Assembly: GCA_963727485.1 (NCBI GenBank)
Contig: CAVSGM010000002.1
Coordinates: forward strand, 128,001 to 192,000
Direction of reading: 5' to 3'
Source: an uncultured delta proteobacterium
GTDB lineage: Bacteria > Myxococcota > Myxococcia > SLRQ01
Length of the DNA stretch: 64,000 bases
Below the pieces are notes generated by a model, which was not told where the DNA came from, did no database searches, and saw only the letters and a list, made by a program, of their open reading frames with translations. Positions 48,546 through 58,212 of the stretch are shown here, one piece after another (position 1 is the stretch's first letter; each line of letters opens with the position of its first letter). Both the position numbers and the translations under genes were made by a program.

Positions 48546-50048
48546 CTAGCTCGCGGCGGCGAGCGCCGCGAGCCCCAGCACCATGAGCACCGTGGCCCAC
48601 ACGAGCAAGGCCCGAATCGGTTGCGCCGGCCAGTAGCCCTCGAGCTCGGCGAGGGACCGCGCCGGCACCGTGCCGCCGCCGGGGACGGCGACCGGGGTGT
48701 CGGGATGGATCCGCTGCGCTTCCGCCCACCGCCTGAGGAGGACCCGGGTGGCCGGGTAGCGCCGGCCGTCGACGGTGGCGGCGTAGGTCGGCATCGCCGT
48801 CGGAGCCGGGTCCTCGTCGCCGGCGCCCGCGCCGTCCCCGCCGGCCGGATCGCCCTCGGGGAGGGCGAAGGGGGTCACCGCCTTGAAGATCCCGGTGGAG
48901 GTCATGTCCCGGCGCAGCTCGAAGCCGGCGAGGCAGGCCACCGGGTCGAGGCGTCCGAGGTGGGCGAAGTCCAGGCGACCCCACGCCGTCCGGTCCACCC
49001 GGACGCTGAACAGCCAGGTGTCCTCGATCCGCGCCGTCGCCCGGTCCGGCCGCTGGGTGTAGGCCGAGAGGGTCACCCGGGCGCAGGCGGGCAGCCAGGC
49101 GAAGGTCTCGCCCACCAGGCGCAGGGCCACCCCGTGGACGTGGTGCATGTAGCGCTCCCGGAGGCGCCGGGCGGAGAGGGGGTCGTGGGCGATGCCCAGG
49201 GGGCGCTTGGTCACCCGGGCCTCGGTGGCGGGCAGGTCCTCGAGCTCCGGGAGGTCCACGTCGAGCACGACCTCGTCTCCCCGGACCTCGAAGGAGACCC
49301 GGGTCTCCCGGGGCCAGTGGAGGCGGGCGAGGTGGAAGCCGAGGAGGGCCTCGGCGTCGGCACCCGAGAGGCTTGCCCGGCGGTCGAAGAGGTCCCGGAG
49401 CCGGGCCATCTCGCCGTCGTGGGCAACCTCGCGCTTCGCCCACGCCGCGTGGGCCTCCTCGAAGGCCGCCGTCACCGCGGCCTGGGTCTCGATCCGGTGG
49501 CGCCGGCGCGGGGGCCAGAGCCACCCCAGGCCCCCGAGGCCGTAGGGCACGCCCACGGGGGCCACCGGCTCGGGCTCGGGGAAGGCCACCGGCTCGAAGG
49601 TGAGGGGTGCGTCCGGCGCGGGGATGTCGAGGTGGAGCTGCTCCAGGGCCGCGGCGGCCCGGTTCTCCGCCTCGGCGTGGGAGGTGAGGGCGTCGACCAG
49701 CTGGTCCCGGTGCTGCCTGCGCACCTGCTGGTCGAGGTCGGCGCCGAGGGGCTCGCCGGTGGCGGCGTCCTCGAGGTGCAGGGCGCCGGTGTCGGTGTCG
49801 AGGTTGAAGCCCACCTTCACCATCGCGTCCCGGCGCGCCGGGGCCCGGCGCCGGGCGGCCGGGTGGCTCCCGACGTGGCTGCGGTAGGACAGGCCCGTGC
49901 CCGGGATCCCGACGTTGGTCCAGGTCCCCCGGGGCCCAAAGCTCACCGAGGCGCCTCGGGGCCCCACCGAGAGGCCCAGCCCCGACTTGGAGAGGTTGAG
50001 GTGGACGCCCGGGGCGATCCGGATGCGGCGCTGGAAACGCAGGCCCAT
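48546..50048 (-). CDS. DUF4236-domain protein with a C-terminal TM anchor
   Basis: N-terminus MGLRFQRRIRIAPGVHLNLSKSG..GIPGTGLSY; hydrophobic C-terminus. Confidence 0.85.
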   Translation of the reverse strand: MGLRFQRRIRIAPGVHLNLSKSGLGLSVGPRGASVSFGPRGTWTNVGIPGTGLSYRSHVGSHPAARRRAPARRDAMVKVGFNLDTDTGALHLEDAATGEPLGADLDQQVRRQHRDQLVDALTSHAEAENRAAAALEQLHLDIPAPDAPLTFEPVAFPEPEPVAPVGVPYGLGGLGWLWPPRRRHRIETQAAVTAAFEEAHAAWAKREVAHDGEMARLRDLFDRRASLSGADAEALLGFHLARLHWPRETRVSFEVRGDEVVLDVDLPELEDLPATEARVTKRPLGIAHDPLSARRLRERYMHHVHGVALRLVGETFAWLPACARVTLSAYTQRPDRATARIEDTWLFSVRVDRTAWGRLDFAHLGRLDPVACLAGFELRRDMTSTGIFKAVTPFALPEGDPAGGDGAGAGDEDPAPTAMPTYAATVDGRRYPATRVLLRRWAEAQRIHPDTPVAVPGGGTVPARSLAELEGYWPAQPIRALLVWATVLMVLGLAALAAAS

Positions 50049-50059
50049 GGCCCCACAGC

Positions 50060-50683
50060 CTACCGCGAGAGGAGGGCCCCGAGCACCAGGCCGCTGACCA
50101 GGCCCCCGGCGTGGCCCAGGAGGCTCACCCGGGGGGTGACCAGGTCGAAGCCCACCTCGCTGACCACGATGGCCAAGAGGAGCCACAGCTCCCAGGCCGG
50201 CGCCCGGCGCCGGTCACGCCACCAGGCGAGGGCCAGGACCGAGAGGGTCGCGCCCACCACGCCCATCACCGACGCCGAGGCCCCGACGACAATCTCGGGC
50301 CCCAAGCCGAAGAGGGTGGTGGCCAGGAGGAGGAGGGCCATGGCCGCGGGCCCGCTCACCAGGTAGCAGACCAGCAGCCGCCCGTGGCCCAGGCGCCGCT
50401 CGAGGTCGGCACCGAAGACCGCCAGGGCGAAGGCGTTGAGGCCCAGGTGGACCACGCCGTCGTGGAGGAAGCCGGCGGTGAGCAGCCGCCACCACTGGTG
50501 GCCGAGCCACGGGGCCGGGGCGATCATGGCCCCCAGCCCCAGGAGGTTGGCGGCGCTGGTGGTGCCGCCGGGGATCTCCAGGAGGAAGACCAGGACGTTC
50601 AGGGCGATGAGCCCATAGGTGGCCACCGGCCTCGGCGGACGCGCCGGGAGGGCGACGGTGAGCTCGGCGGCGGGGGGCGGCAC
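50060..50683 (-). CDS. rhomboid intramembrane serine protease
   Basis: QWWRLLTAGFLH, HLGLN, GASASVMG and HAGG; the start (GTG 50683) is uncertain. Confidence 0.9.
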   Translation of the reverse strand: MPPPAAELTVALPARPPRPVATYGLIALNVLVFLLEIPGGTTSAANLLGLGAMIAPAPWLGHQWWRLLTAGFLHDGVVHLGLNAFALAVFGADLERRLGHGRLLVCYLVSGPAAMALLLLATTLFGLGPEIVVGASASVMGVVGATLSVLALAWWRDRRRAPAWELWLLLAIVVSEVGFDLVTPRVSLLGHAGGLVSGLVLGALLSR

Positions 50684-50688
50684 CGGTC

Positions 50689-52269
50689 CTAGGCCCCCGC
50701 CTCGAAGACCGTGCGCCCGGCGACCACCGTCCGCAGGGTGCGTACCCGGCAGAGGTCCCCGGGGGCCACCGCGAAGGGGTCGGCGTCGACCACCGTGAGG
50801 TCGGCGAGGCGCCCGGGGGCGAGGACGCCCAGCCGGCCCTCGTCGTGGGCGGCGAAGGCGGCGCCGGCGGTATAGCCGCGGATCGCCTCGGCGACGGTGA
50901 GCCGCTCGCCGGGGCGGAAGCCCCCCGGGGGCTCGCCGCGGGCGTCCTGCCGGGTCACCGCCGCGTGGATCCCGGTCCAGGGGTCCTCGGACTCCACCGG
51001 GGCGTCGGACCCCAGGGCCAGGGGGACGCCGGCGTCGAGCACCGTCTTCCAGGCGTAGGCGCCGGCGAGGCGGTCGGGGCCGAGCGCCGCCTCCACCCAG
51101 CCCATGTCGCTCGTGCAGTGGGTGGGCTGCAGGCTCGCGACCGCGCCCAGGGCCTTCATCCGCGCCGGGGCGTCGGGCCCGAGGATCTGCGCATGCTCCA
51201 CCCGGTGCCGCCGGGCGCCCCCATCGCCGGCGGCGGCGATGGCATCGAGGACCACCCGGTTGCCCCGGTCGCCGATGGCGTGGAGGGCGAGCTGCCACCC
51301 CGCATCGCTCACCCGCCGGGTGAAGGCGGCGAGGGCCCCGGGCTCGACCAGGAGCAGGCCCCGGTGCCCGGGCCGGTCGGCGTAGTCGGCCTCGAGGGCG
51401 GCCCCCCGGGAGCCCAGGGCCCCGTCGGCGTAGACCTTCACCCCGGCGACCCGGAGGAGCCCCTCGGCCGGCGCGGGGGGGCGGGAGAGCACCTCGTCGA
51501 CCAGGTCGGTGTCGCGGCCGTCGACGTAGCAGGTCACCCGGAGGTCGAGCGTCCCCTCGGCCTCGAGGGCCCGCAGGGCCTCGAGCTCGGCGCGGTCGAC
51601 CGCCATGGCGTGGACCCCGGTGAGCCCCGAGCCCAGGCAGGCGCCAATCCCACAGAGGACGTCGGTGCGGACCTCCTTGGCGGTCGGGGCCGGGAGCCTG
51701 GACTCGGCCAGGGCGATGGCGTTGTCCACCAGGATCCCCGTGGGGCGCCCGTCTCCGTCGCGGACCAGCTCGCCCCCGGGCGGGTCCGGGGTGCGGGCGT
51801 CGATGCCGGCGAGGTCCAGGGCCCGGGCGTTGGCCCACACCGCGTGGCCGTCGACGCGCACCAGCCACACCGGGTGGTCCAGGTCGTCGAGGCCCCCCGC
51901 CGGCCAGGCCCCGCCCGGCCAGCGGTGGTGGTCCCAGCCCCGGCCCCGGATCCAGGCGCCCGGGGCGGAGCCCGCGGCCGCGGCCCGGACCCGGGCGACG
52001 ACGTCGTCGGCGGAGCCGGCGTCCTTGAGATCGAGCTCCCGCCCGGCGAGGCCGACTCCGCGGAGGTGGAGGTGGGCGTCCACCAGGCCCGGGAGGACGG
52101 TGGCGCCGCCGAGGTGCACCCGCCGCCCCGGGAGGGCCGGGTCGTCGGCGTCGAGGACGTGGGTCACCCGGCCGGAGGCCACCCGCAGGGCCCCGGCGTG
52201 GGGGTGGGCGGGGTCGCCGGTCCACACACGGGCGTCGGCGTAGACGATGGCGTCGGGCTCGGCGGGCAT
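50689..52269 (-). CDS. amidohydrolase (YtcJ-like)
   Basis: PGLVDAHLH, RVDGH, K.YADGALGSRGA, HAIGDR, RVEHAQ and GSDAPV. Confidence 0.92.
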   Translation of the reverse strand: MPAEPDAIVYADARVWTGDPAHPHAGALRVASGRVTHVLDADDPALPGRRVHLGGATVLPGLVDAHLHLRGVGLAGRELDLKDAGSADDVVARVRAAAAGSAPGAWIRGRGWDHHRWPGGAWPAGGLDDLDHPVWLVRVDGHAVWANARALDLAGIDARTPDPPGGELVRDGDGRPTGILVDNAIALAESRLPAPTAKEVRTDVLCGIGACLGSGLTGVHAMAVDRAELEALRALEAEGTLDLRVTCYVDGRDTDLVDEVLSRPPAPAEGLLRVAGVKVYADGALGSRGAALEADYADRPGHRGLLLVEPGALAAFTRRVSDAGWQLALHAIGDRGNRVVLDAIAAAGDGGARRHRVEHAQILGPDAPARMKALGAVASLQPTHCTSDMGWVEAALGPDRLAGAYAWKTVLDAGVPLALGSDAPVESEDPWTGIHAAVTRQDARGEPPGGFRPGERLTVAEAIRGYTAGAAFAAHDEGRLGVLAPGRLADLTVVDADPFAVAPGDLCRVRTLRTVVAGRTVFEAGA

Positions 52270-52285
52270 GGGCGGAGCGCCCGTT

Positions 52286-53332
52286 CTACCACGAGCGCAG
52301 CGCCGGGCGGTGGCCGTCGCCGCCGCCCTCCTCGTCATCGACGGCCGCGACCCGGTTCCGGCCGCTCCCCTTGGCCCGGTAGAGGGCCCGGTCCGCCGCC
52401 TCGATGAGGCCTTCCTTGGTGCTGGCGTCCTCGGGGTAGGCGGCGACACCGATGCTCATCGTCACCCGGCCCCCGGGCATCACCTCCTCGTGCCCGAAGG
52501 GGTGGCGCTCAATCCGCTGGCGCAGGCGCTCGGCCACCGCCAGGGCTCCGGCGCGGTCGGTGTCGGGGAGCGCGACCACGAACTCCTCGCCCCCGTACCG
52601 CGCCGCCACGTCGGAGGCCCGCGCCCGGTCTTCGTCCTGGACCAGGAGCTTGCCCAGGGTCCGGAGGACCTCGTCGCCGGCGAGGTGACCCAGGGTGTCG
52701 TTGTAGTGCTTGAAGTGATCGACATCGAGGAAGAGCAGCCCCACCGGGGTGTCGCTCCGGTCGGCCTTGGCAATCATCTTGCCCAGGGCCTCCTGGAGGA
52801 AGCGGTGGTTGTAGAGGCCGGTGAGCCCGTCGTGGACCGCGAGCTCGGAGAGGGCGGTGAGGGCCTGCTGCAGCTCCTCGGTGCGCACCTTCACCATCTC
52901 CTCGAGGCGATCGTTGCCCCGGCGCAGCTCGTCGACCAGCCGCTCGTTCTCGTGCTGGAGCTCCGCCTCGCGCATCGCCCCGGCGATGGCGTCCTCGAGA
53001 TCGAGGAGGCGCAGGGGCTTGACCAGGAACCGGTGCACCCGGGCGAGGTTCACCGCGTCCCGGGCGTCCTCGACCCGGTCGGAGGCGGTGACCAGGATCC
53101 GCGCCGCCTGGGGCTGGAGCTTGTGCGCCGCCGCCAGCACCTCGACCCCCGAGCGCTCGGGCATCAGGTGATCGCAGAGCACCGCATCCACCGGCCCGCG
53201 CTCGAGCATCGACACCGCCTCGTCGCCGCCGGCGGCGGTCAGGACCTCGAAGCGCGGCGCCAGGGTCCGGGCGATGATGCGCCGGATCTCGGGGTCGTCG
53301 TCTGCTACCAGGATCCTGCGGGCTGCGCCCAT
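52286..53332 (-). CDS. REC-GGDEF diguanylate cyclase
   Basis: Receiver LVADDD..CDHLMP..KP, a coiled coil, DGLTG, RASD I-site and RYGGEEF. Confidence 0.93.
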   Translation of the reverse strand: MGAARRILVADDDPEIRRIIARTLAPRFEVLTAAGGDEAVSMLERGPVDAVLCDHLMPERSGVEVLAAAHKLQPQAARILVTASDRVEDARDAVNLARVHRFLVKPLRLLDLEDAIAGAMREAELQHENERLVDELRRGNDRLEEMVKVRTEELQQALTALSELAVHDGLTGLYNHRFLQEALGKMIAKADRSDTPVGLLFLDVDHFKHYNDTLGHLAGDEVLRTLGKLLVQDEDRARASDVAARYGGEEFVVALPDTDRAGALAVAERLRQRIERHPFGHEEVMPGGRVTMSIGVAAYPEDASTKEGLIEAADRALYRAKGSGRNRVAAVDDEEGGGDGHRPALRSW

Positions 53333-53478
53333 GCGTACCTCCCCCCCATCACGTAAACGCTAGGCCGAGGAGCCGCGTGGCGCCAGCCCGGGAGTGCCCC
53401 CGGAGGGGCCTATCCCGGATCGATGTGGGCCCGGGTGGGGAGGGGTGGGAGCGGCCCTCCAGGGGCGCTCCGCGTGGG

Positions 53479-54138
53479 TCAGAGGTCCACGAGGCCGAGC
53501 TTGAGGGCGGCGACCACCGCCTCCACGTGGCTCGCCACCTCGAGCTTCTCGTAGATGTGGGTGAGGTGGGTGCGCACGGTGCGGCGCTCGATGGACATCA
53601 CCCGGCCCACCTCGGCGTTGGAGAGGCCCTTGGCGATGAACTGCAGCACCTCGAGCTCCACCTCGGTGAGGCCGCGGGTGTCGCGCTCCGGGGGGGTGGC
53701 GCGGACGCTGTCGAAGTAGTTCCAGAAGCGCCGGGCGATCCGCGACTCGATGACCACCCCGCCTCCGTGGACCTCGGCGATGGCCTCGGCGACCTGCTCC
53801 GGGGCCATGCGCTTGACCAGGTAGCCCGAGGCGCCGTCCTTCACCGCCTCGTAGACCTTGGCCTCGTCGTCGAAGGTGGTGAGGATCAGCACCTGCACCT
53901 CCGGGTGCCTCGGCTTCACCGCCCGGAGGACCCCGAGGCCGTCCATCCCCGGGAGCTCGAGGTCGAGGAGGAGGACCTCCGGCGGGTCGGCCTCGACGGC
54001 CTCCACCGCGTCCTCGCCGGTCATGGCGGTGCCCACCACGGTGAGCTCGTCCCGGGTCGCCAGGAACTTGAGGAGCGCCTTGAGGATCGGCGGCTGATCC
54101 TCGACCACGAAGACCCGGATGGGGGATCCCGCTGGCAT
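53479..54138 (-). CDS. NarL/LuxR-family response regulator
   Basis: VVEDQ, LDLELP, and HTH LT..ELEVL..IAKGLSN..TVRTH..IYEKL. Confidence 0.93.
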   Translation of the reverse strand: MPAGSPIRVFVVEDQPPILKALLKFLATRDELTVVGTAMTGEDAVEAVEADPPEVLLLDLELPGMDGLGVLRAVKPRHPEVQVLILTTFDDEAKVYEAVKDGASGYLVKRMAPEQVAEAIAEVHGGGVVIESRIARRFWNYFDSVRATPPERDTRGLTEVELEVLQFIAKGLSNAEVGRVMSIERRTVRTHLTHIYEKLEVASHVEAVVAALKLGLVDL

Positions 54139-54148
54139 GGTCGCCTCT

Positions 54149-56095
54149 CTAGAGCCGGAGGTGGAGCCGGGTCAGGCGCCCGGGGCGCACGTGGATGCGC
54201 AGGCGCCGGTGGTGGTGGCGGAGGGGGTCGACGAGGAGGAGCTCGTGGTGGCCCGCGGGGACCCGGTAGTCCCGCAGCGGGGTGTGGCGGTGGGTGTCGT
54301 GGCCGTCGAGGTACACCCGGGCCCGGTGGCTGGCGTAGACGGTGAGCAGACCGTGGCGGACCCGGACGTGCCGGCGCGTGTGGTGCCGGGGGGCGGGCGC
54401 CGGGGCCTCGGTGGGGGCCCGGGGCGGAGCCTCCCGGGGCGGGGGCGCCTTGGGCCCGGGCGAGGCGGGGGGCGCCGGGGCGTCGGCGACGGCGGCGGTG
54501 GGCGAGGGCGGGGCCTCGGCGGGGGCGGGGTGCCGGCCGAAGGCCAGGGCGGCGCCGCCGAGGACCACCACGGCCACCGCGGCGGCGCCGAGGTAGAGGC
54601 CGCGGCGGGAGCGCTTGCCCACCGCCGCGAGCCGGTAGGCGGTGTTGCCCACCGTCCTGCCGCCGCCGAGGGGGTCGCCGAGGTCGTCGGTCTCGTCGCC
54701 GGGGAGGGGCGCGCCGAGGTCGTCGGTGTCGTGGAGGACCGCGACCTCCCGGGTGTCGTTGCGGAACCAGCCGTCGGCGGTGGGGTCGCCGAGGGCCGCG
54801 TGGCGGGCCGCGGGGACGGTGTCGCCGGTGGCGCCCGCCGGGCTCGGCGGCGGCACCGGGCCGCTGTCCAGGGCCCCGGCTGACCGCGAGACCGCCGCCT
54901 CGACCGGGGGCGCGGCCTCGGGGAAGCCCAGGTCCGGGCCGCGGCCGGGCAGGGTGAGGCTCCCTGAGTCGGTGCCCACGCCGGGGCCGGCGAGGGCCGT
55001 GGCCTTCACCGTGGCCTCGCCGGGAGGGGGCGCGGCCACCGGGGCCGCGGGGACCGGCGCCGGCGCGGGGGTTGGCGCGGGTGCCGCGGGCGCCTCGGCC
55101 GCCAGATCGTAGCGCCGGGGGCCGGCCTCCCCGGCGACGGGGAGCGGCGTCACGGTGAACCCCGCCGGCAGCGGCGCCAGGGGATCGCCGACCTCGCCGG
55201 GATCGAAGCTGAAGCGCACCACCTCGTTGGGCATCACCGTGGCGGCGAGCTCGGCGAGGTCGTCGCGGCTCACCGGGTGGCCCATGCCCTCGAGCCAGGC
55301 CCGCAGCCCGTCCCGGGCGACGCCGGCGTCCTTGTAGCGCCGGGTCCGGGCGGTCTCCAGGGCCTTGCCCACCACCGGGTCGAACTTCATGGGGATGCGC
55401 CGGTCCACCCGGCTCGGGGAGGGGAGGGCGTCGGCCCGGGTGGAGGTGCCCCGCCCGGCGCCCTCGAGGCTCTTGCCGGTGGCCAGCTCGTAGAGGAGGG
55501 CGCCGAGGGCGTAGACGTCGGTGAGGACGTCGGCGGACCCGCTCCGGGCCAGCTCCGGGGCCCGGTAGGGCTTGCGGCCCCGGAGGGCGAGGTGGCGGCT
55601 GGCCTTGGAGACCTCGAGGGCCGGGTGGACGTTGGCGCAGGCCACGCGGACCACGCCGTCGAAGCAGACGAAGACGTTGGTGGGGACCAGGCTCCCGTGG
55701 GCGACCCCCGCGGCGTGGAGGGCGGCGAGGGCGTCGGCGGCGTCGGCGAGGACCTCCACCGACCGCCCCAGGGAGATGGCGATCTCCCGGGCCCGCTGCC
55801 GGGAGAAGACGGTGCCCAGATCGTACCCGTCGGCGTAGGGGGCGGTGACGACCACCCGGTCGCCGGCGCGGCCGACCTCCCAGGGGAGCAGGAGGCCCGG
55901 GTGGGAGACGGTCCGGAGGGCGCGGACGCGCTCACCGAGGGCCGCCACCACCGCGGCCTCGGCGACGTGGGGCGCCAGGAGGGCGATGAAGGCGGGGACC
56001 GGACCCTCCGGCCCGCTGGCGACGCCGCGCCACGACTCCCCGTAGTCGGTGTCGGCAAGCCGAGCGACGAGCCGGTATTCGCGCGCGGCGGACAT
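54149..56095 (-). CDS. membrane Ser/Thr pseudokinase with PEGA-like C-terminus
   Basis: Kinase-fold motifs YRAPE and DVYALG..YELATG remain, but HRD reads HGS and the VAIK Lys and DFG are missing. One TM, then ARVYLDG..TPL..G.H. Confidence 0.82.
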   Translation of the reverse strand: MSAAREYRLVARLADTDYGESWRGVASGPEGPVPAFIALLAPHVAEAAVVAALGERVRALRTVSHPGLLLPWEVGRAGDRVVVTAPYADGYDLGTVFSRQRAREIAISLGRSVEVLADAADALAALHAAGVAHGSLVPTNVFVCFDGVVRVACANVHPALEVSKASRHLALRGRKPYRAPELARSGSADVLTDVYALGALLYELATGKSLEGAGRGTSTRADALPSPSRVDRRIPMKFDPVVGKALETARTRRYKDAGVARDGLRAWLEGMGHPVSRDDLAELAATVMPNEVVRFSFDPGEVGDPLAPLPAGFTVTPLPVAGEAGPRRYDLAAEAPAAPAPTPAPAPVPAAPVAAPPPGEATVKATALAGPGVGTDSGSLTLPGRGPDLGFPEAAPPVEAAVSRSAGALDSGPVPPPSPAGATGDTVPAARHAALGDPTADGWFRNDTREVAVLHDTDDLGAPLPGDETDDLGDPLGGGRTVGNTAYRLAAVGKRSRRGLYLGAAAVAVVVLGGAALAFGRHPAPAEAPPSPTAAVADAPAPPASPGPKAPPPREAPPRAPTEAPAPAPRHHTRRHVRVRHGLLTVYASHRARVYLDGHDTHRHTPLRDYRVPAGHHELLLVDPLRHHHRRLRIHVRPGRLTRLHLRL

Positions 56096-56147
56096 GAGCG
56101 GATCGACGATAGCAGGGCGCGGGGTGCGCCTCAATCGACCCGCGGCC

Positions 56148-56405
56148 CTACTTGCGCCGACGCCTCGGGCGGGCCGCGGCGAAGACGAAGCCGCACCACA
56201 CGCAGCGCCTGACCGAGGGGTCGTCCACCGGGAGGTTGCAGCCGGGGCACCGGGGCGCCTCGGGCTCGGGGGCGGGCTTGGGCGCCGCGGGGCCGGCGGC
56301 GCCGGTGGCCTCCTCCAGGTGGTCGACGCGGGTGGTGAGGTCGTCGACCCGGGTCTCCAGGTGATCGATCCGTGCGGGAAGCTGGGATCCGGGGCGGCTC
56401 GCCAT
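56148..56405 (-). CDS. small coiled-coil plus zinc-ribbon protein
   Basis: RIDHLETRVDDLTTRVDHLE heptads, CPGC..CVWCG and a basic tail. Confidence 0.65.
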   Translation of the reverse strand: MASRPGSQLPARIDHLETRVDDLTTRVDHLEEATGAAGPAAPKPAPEPEAPRCPGCNLPVDDPSVRRCVWCGFVFAAARPRRRRK

Positions 56406-56504
56406 CGGCCCCCAGGGTTCCACAAGGCGGGGGTGGTCGCCAGAAAAGCGCCCGGGGCCTTTGCTTGCTCCCCGGCGCGCCTCGCGGGATCCTCCTCCAG
56501 ACCC

Positions 56505-58199
56505 ATGGACGACGACCACCCGCACCCGGACGCCCCCAGCCGCCCCGGCGACCGCCCCTCCGAAGGCGGCGGTCCGGCCATCGACGCCGGGGCCGAGCAC
56601 CGCCCGGCGGTGGAACCCTCCATGGAGGCCCCCGGCGCGAACGGCCGGGCCCCCGGCATCCCGGCCACCCGGCGGGTCCCGGTCATCGACGCCCGGGTCC
56701 GCCCCGAGGCGGTGGGCGAGCCCCTCCTGGTCGACCCGGAGGTCCACCGGCTGCTCCGCCGTCGCCACGACCGCCACGTGGAGCACGCCCGGGAGGTCTT
56801 CGTGAACCGGAACCTCCGCATGGACCGCATCGAGGCCGTGGGCTTCGACATGGACTACACCCTGGCGGTCTACCACCTGCGCAACCTCGAGACCCTCTCC
56901 TTCGAGATGACCCTGGAGGTGATGATCGAGGAGAAGGGCTACCCGGCACGCTACCGCCACCTGCGCTACGACCCCGACTTCGTCATCCGGGGCCTGGTGG
57001 TCGACAAGCACCTGGGCAACATCCTCAAGATGGACCGCCACGGGCACGTGGGCCGGGTCTTCCACGGGAAGCGGCGCCTCGGGAAGGAGGACCGCATCCA
57101 CCACTACCGGACCCAGAAGATCCACTTCGGCACCGAGCGCTACGTGTGGGTCGACACCCTCTTCGCCCTGCCCGAGGCGGACCTCTACGCCCAGATCATC
57201 GACGACCACGAGGGGCGGGGCGAGCGGGTCGACTACCACCAGCTCTACGACGACATCCGCGCCTCCATCGACCAGGTCCACCGGGACGGGAGCCTCAAGG
57301 CCATCCTCCGCGAGGACTTCCCGAAGTACATCCGCCGCGACCCGGAGATCGCCCCGGCCCTCCACAAGCTGCGCTCGAGCGGCAAGCGCCTCTTCCTCCT
57401 GACCAACAGCTACTGGGACTACACGGACGCGGTGATGGGCTACCTCCTCGACGGGGTGCTCCCCGAGTACCCCCACTGGCGCAGCTACTTCGACCTGGTG
57501 GTGGTCGGGGCCCAGAAGCCCGGGTTCTTCAGCGACGGGCGGCCGTTCCTCCCCGTGGACCCGGAGACCGGCGTGGTCTCGGAGGCCGGGGTCCCGGTGG
57601 TGAGCCGGGGCGGGGTGTTCCAGGGGGGCAACTTCGCGGGCCTCGAGTCCGGGAGCGGGTGGTCGGGCGACCGGGTCCTCTACGTCGGCGACCACATCTA
57701 CGGCGACATCCTCCGCACCAAGCGCTCGGGGCTGTGGCGCACCGCCATGGTCCTCCAGGAGCTCGAGGACGAGATCCGCTACGTGGAGCGCCGCTACCGC
57801 GACTGGCAGCGCCTCGACCGCCTCGAGGCTCTGCGCTTCCGCCTCGACGACGAGATCACCCTGCAGAAGGGGACGGTGGCGCACCTGGAGCGGCACCGCG
57901 CGGGCGCCGAGGCCGACTACCTCGCTGCCAAGGCCGACCTCGAGCGCCTGCGCCGGGCCCTGCGGGGCGTCCTGGATCGGGTGGAGGCCCTGGCCGAGGA
58001 CCTCGACAGCGGCGCCAATCCCTACTGGGGCCTGGTGCTCAAGGAGGGCGGGGAGAAGAGCCGCTTCGGCGACCAGGTCGAGGACTACGCCTGCATCTAC
58101 ACCAGCCGCGTGTCCAACCTGCTCTACTACAGCCCCACCCAGTACTTCCGCTCACGGCGGGACCGGATGCCCCACGAGGAGGGCCTCGCCGGGCGCTAG
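56505..58199 (+). CDS. HAD-IG family 5'-nucleotidase (cN-II-like)
   Basis: VFVNR, GFDMDYTL, LLTNS, KPGFF, YVGDHIYGDI and YACIYTSRV; start uncertain. Confidence 0.92.
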   Translation: MDDDHPHPDAPSRPGDRPSEGGGPAIDAGAEHRPAVEPSMEAPGANGRAPGIPATRRVPVIDARVRPEAVGEPLLVDPEVHRLLRRRHDRHVEHAREVFVNRNLRMDRIEAVGFDMDYTLAVYHLRNLETLSFEMTLEVMIEEKGYPARYRHLRYDPDFVIRGLVVDKHLGNILKMDRHGHVGRVFHGKRRLGKEDRIHHYRTQKIHFGTERYVWVDTLFALPEADLYAQIIDDHEGRGERVDYHQLYDDIRASIDQVHRDGSLKAILREDFPKYIRRDPEIAPALHKLRSSGKRLFLLTNSYWDYTDAVMGYLLDGVLPEYPHWRSYFDLVVVGAQKPGFFSDGRPFLPVDPETGVVSEAGVPVVSRGGVFQGGNFAGLESGSGWSGDRVLYVGDHIYGDILRTKRSGLWRTAMVLQELEDEIRYVERRYRDWQRLDRLEALRFRLDDEITLQKGTVAHLERHRAGAEADYLAAKADLERLRRALRGVLDRVEALAEDLDSGANPYWGLVLKEGGEKSRFGDQVEDYACIYTSRVSNLLYYSPTQYFRSRRDRMPHEEGLAGR

Positions 58200-58212
58200 G
58201 CGTGGCGACGGG

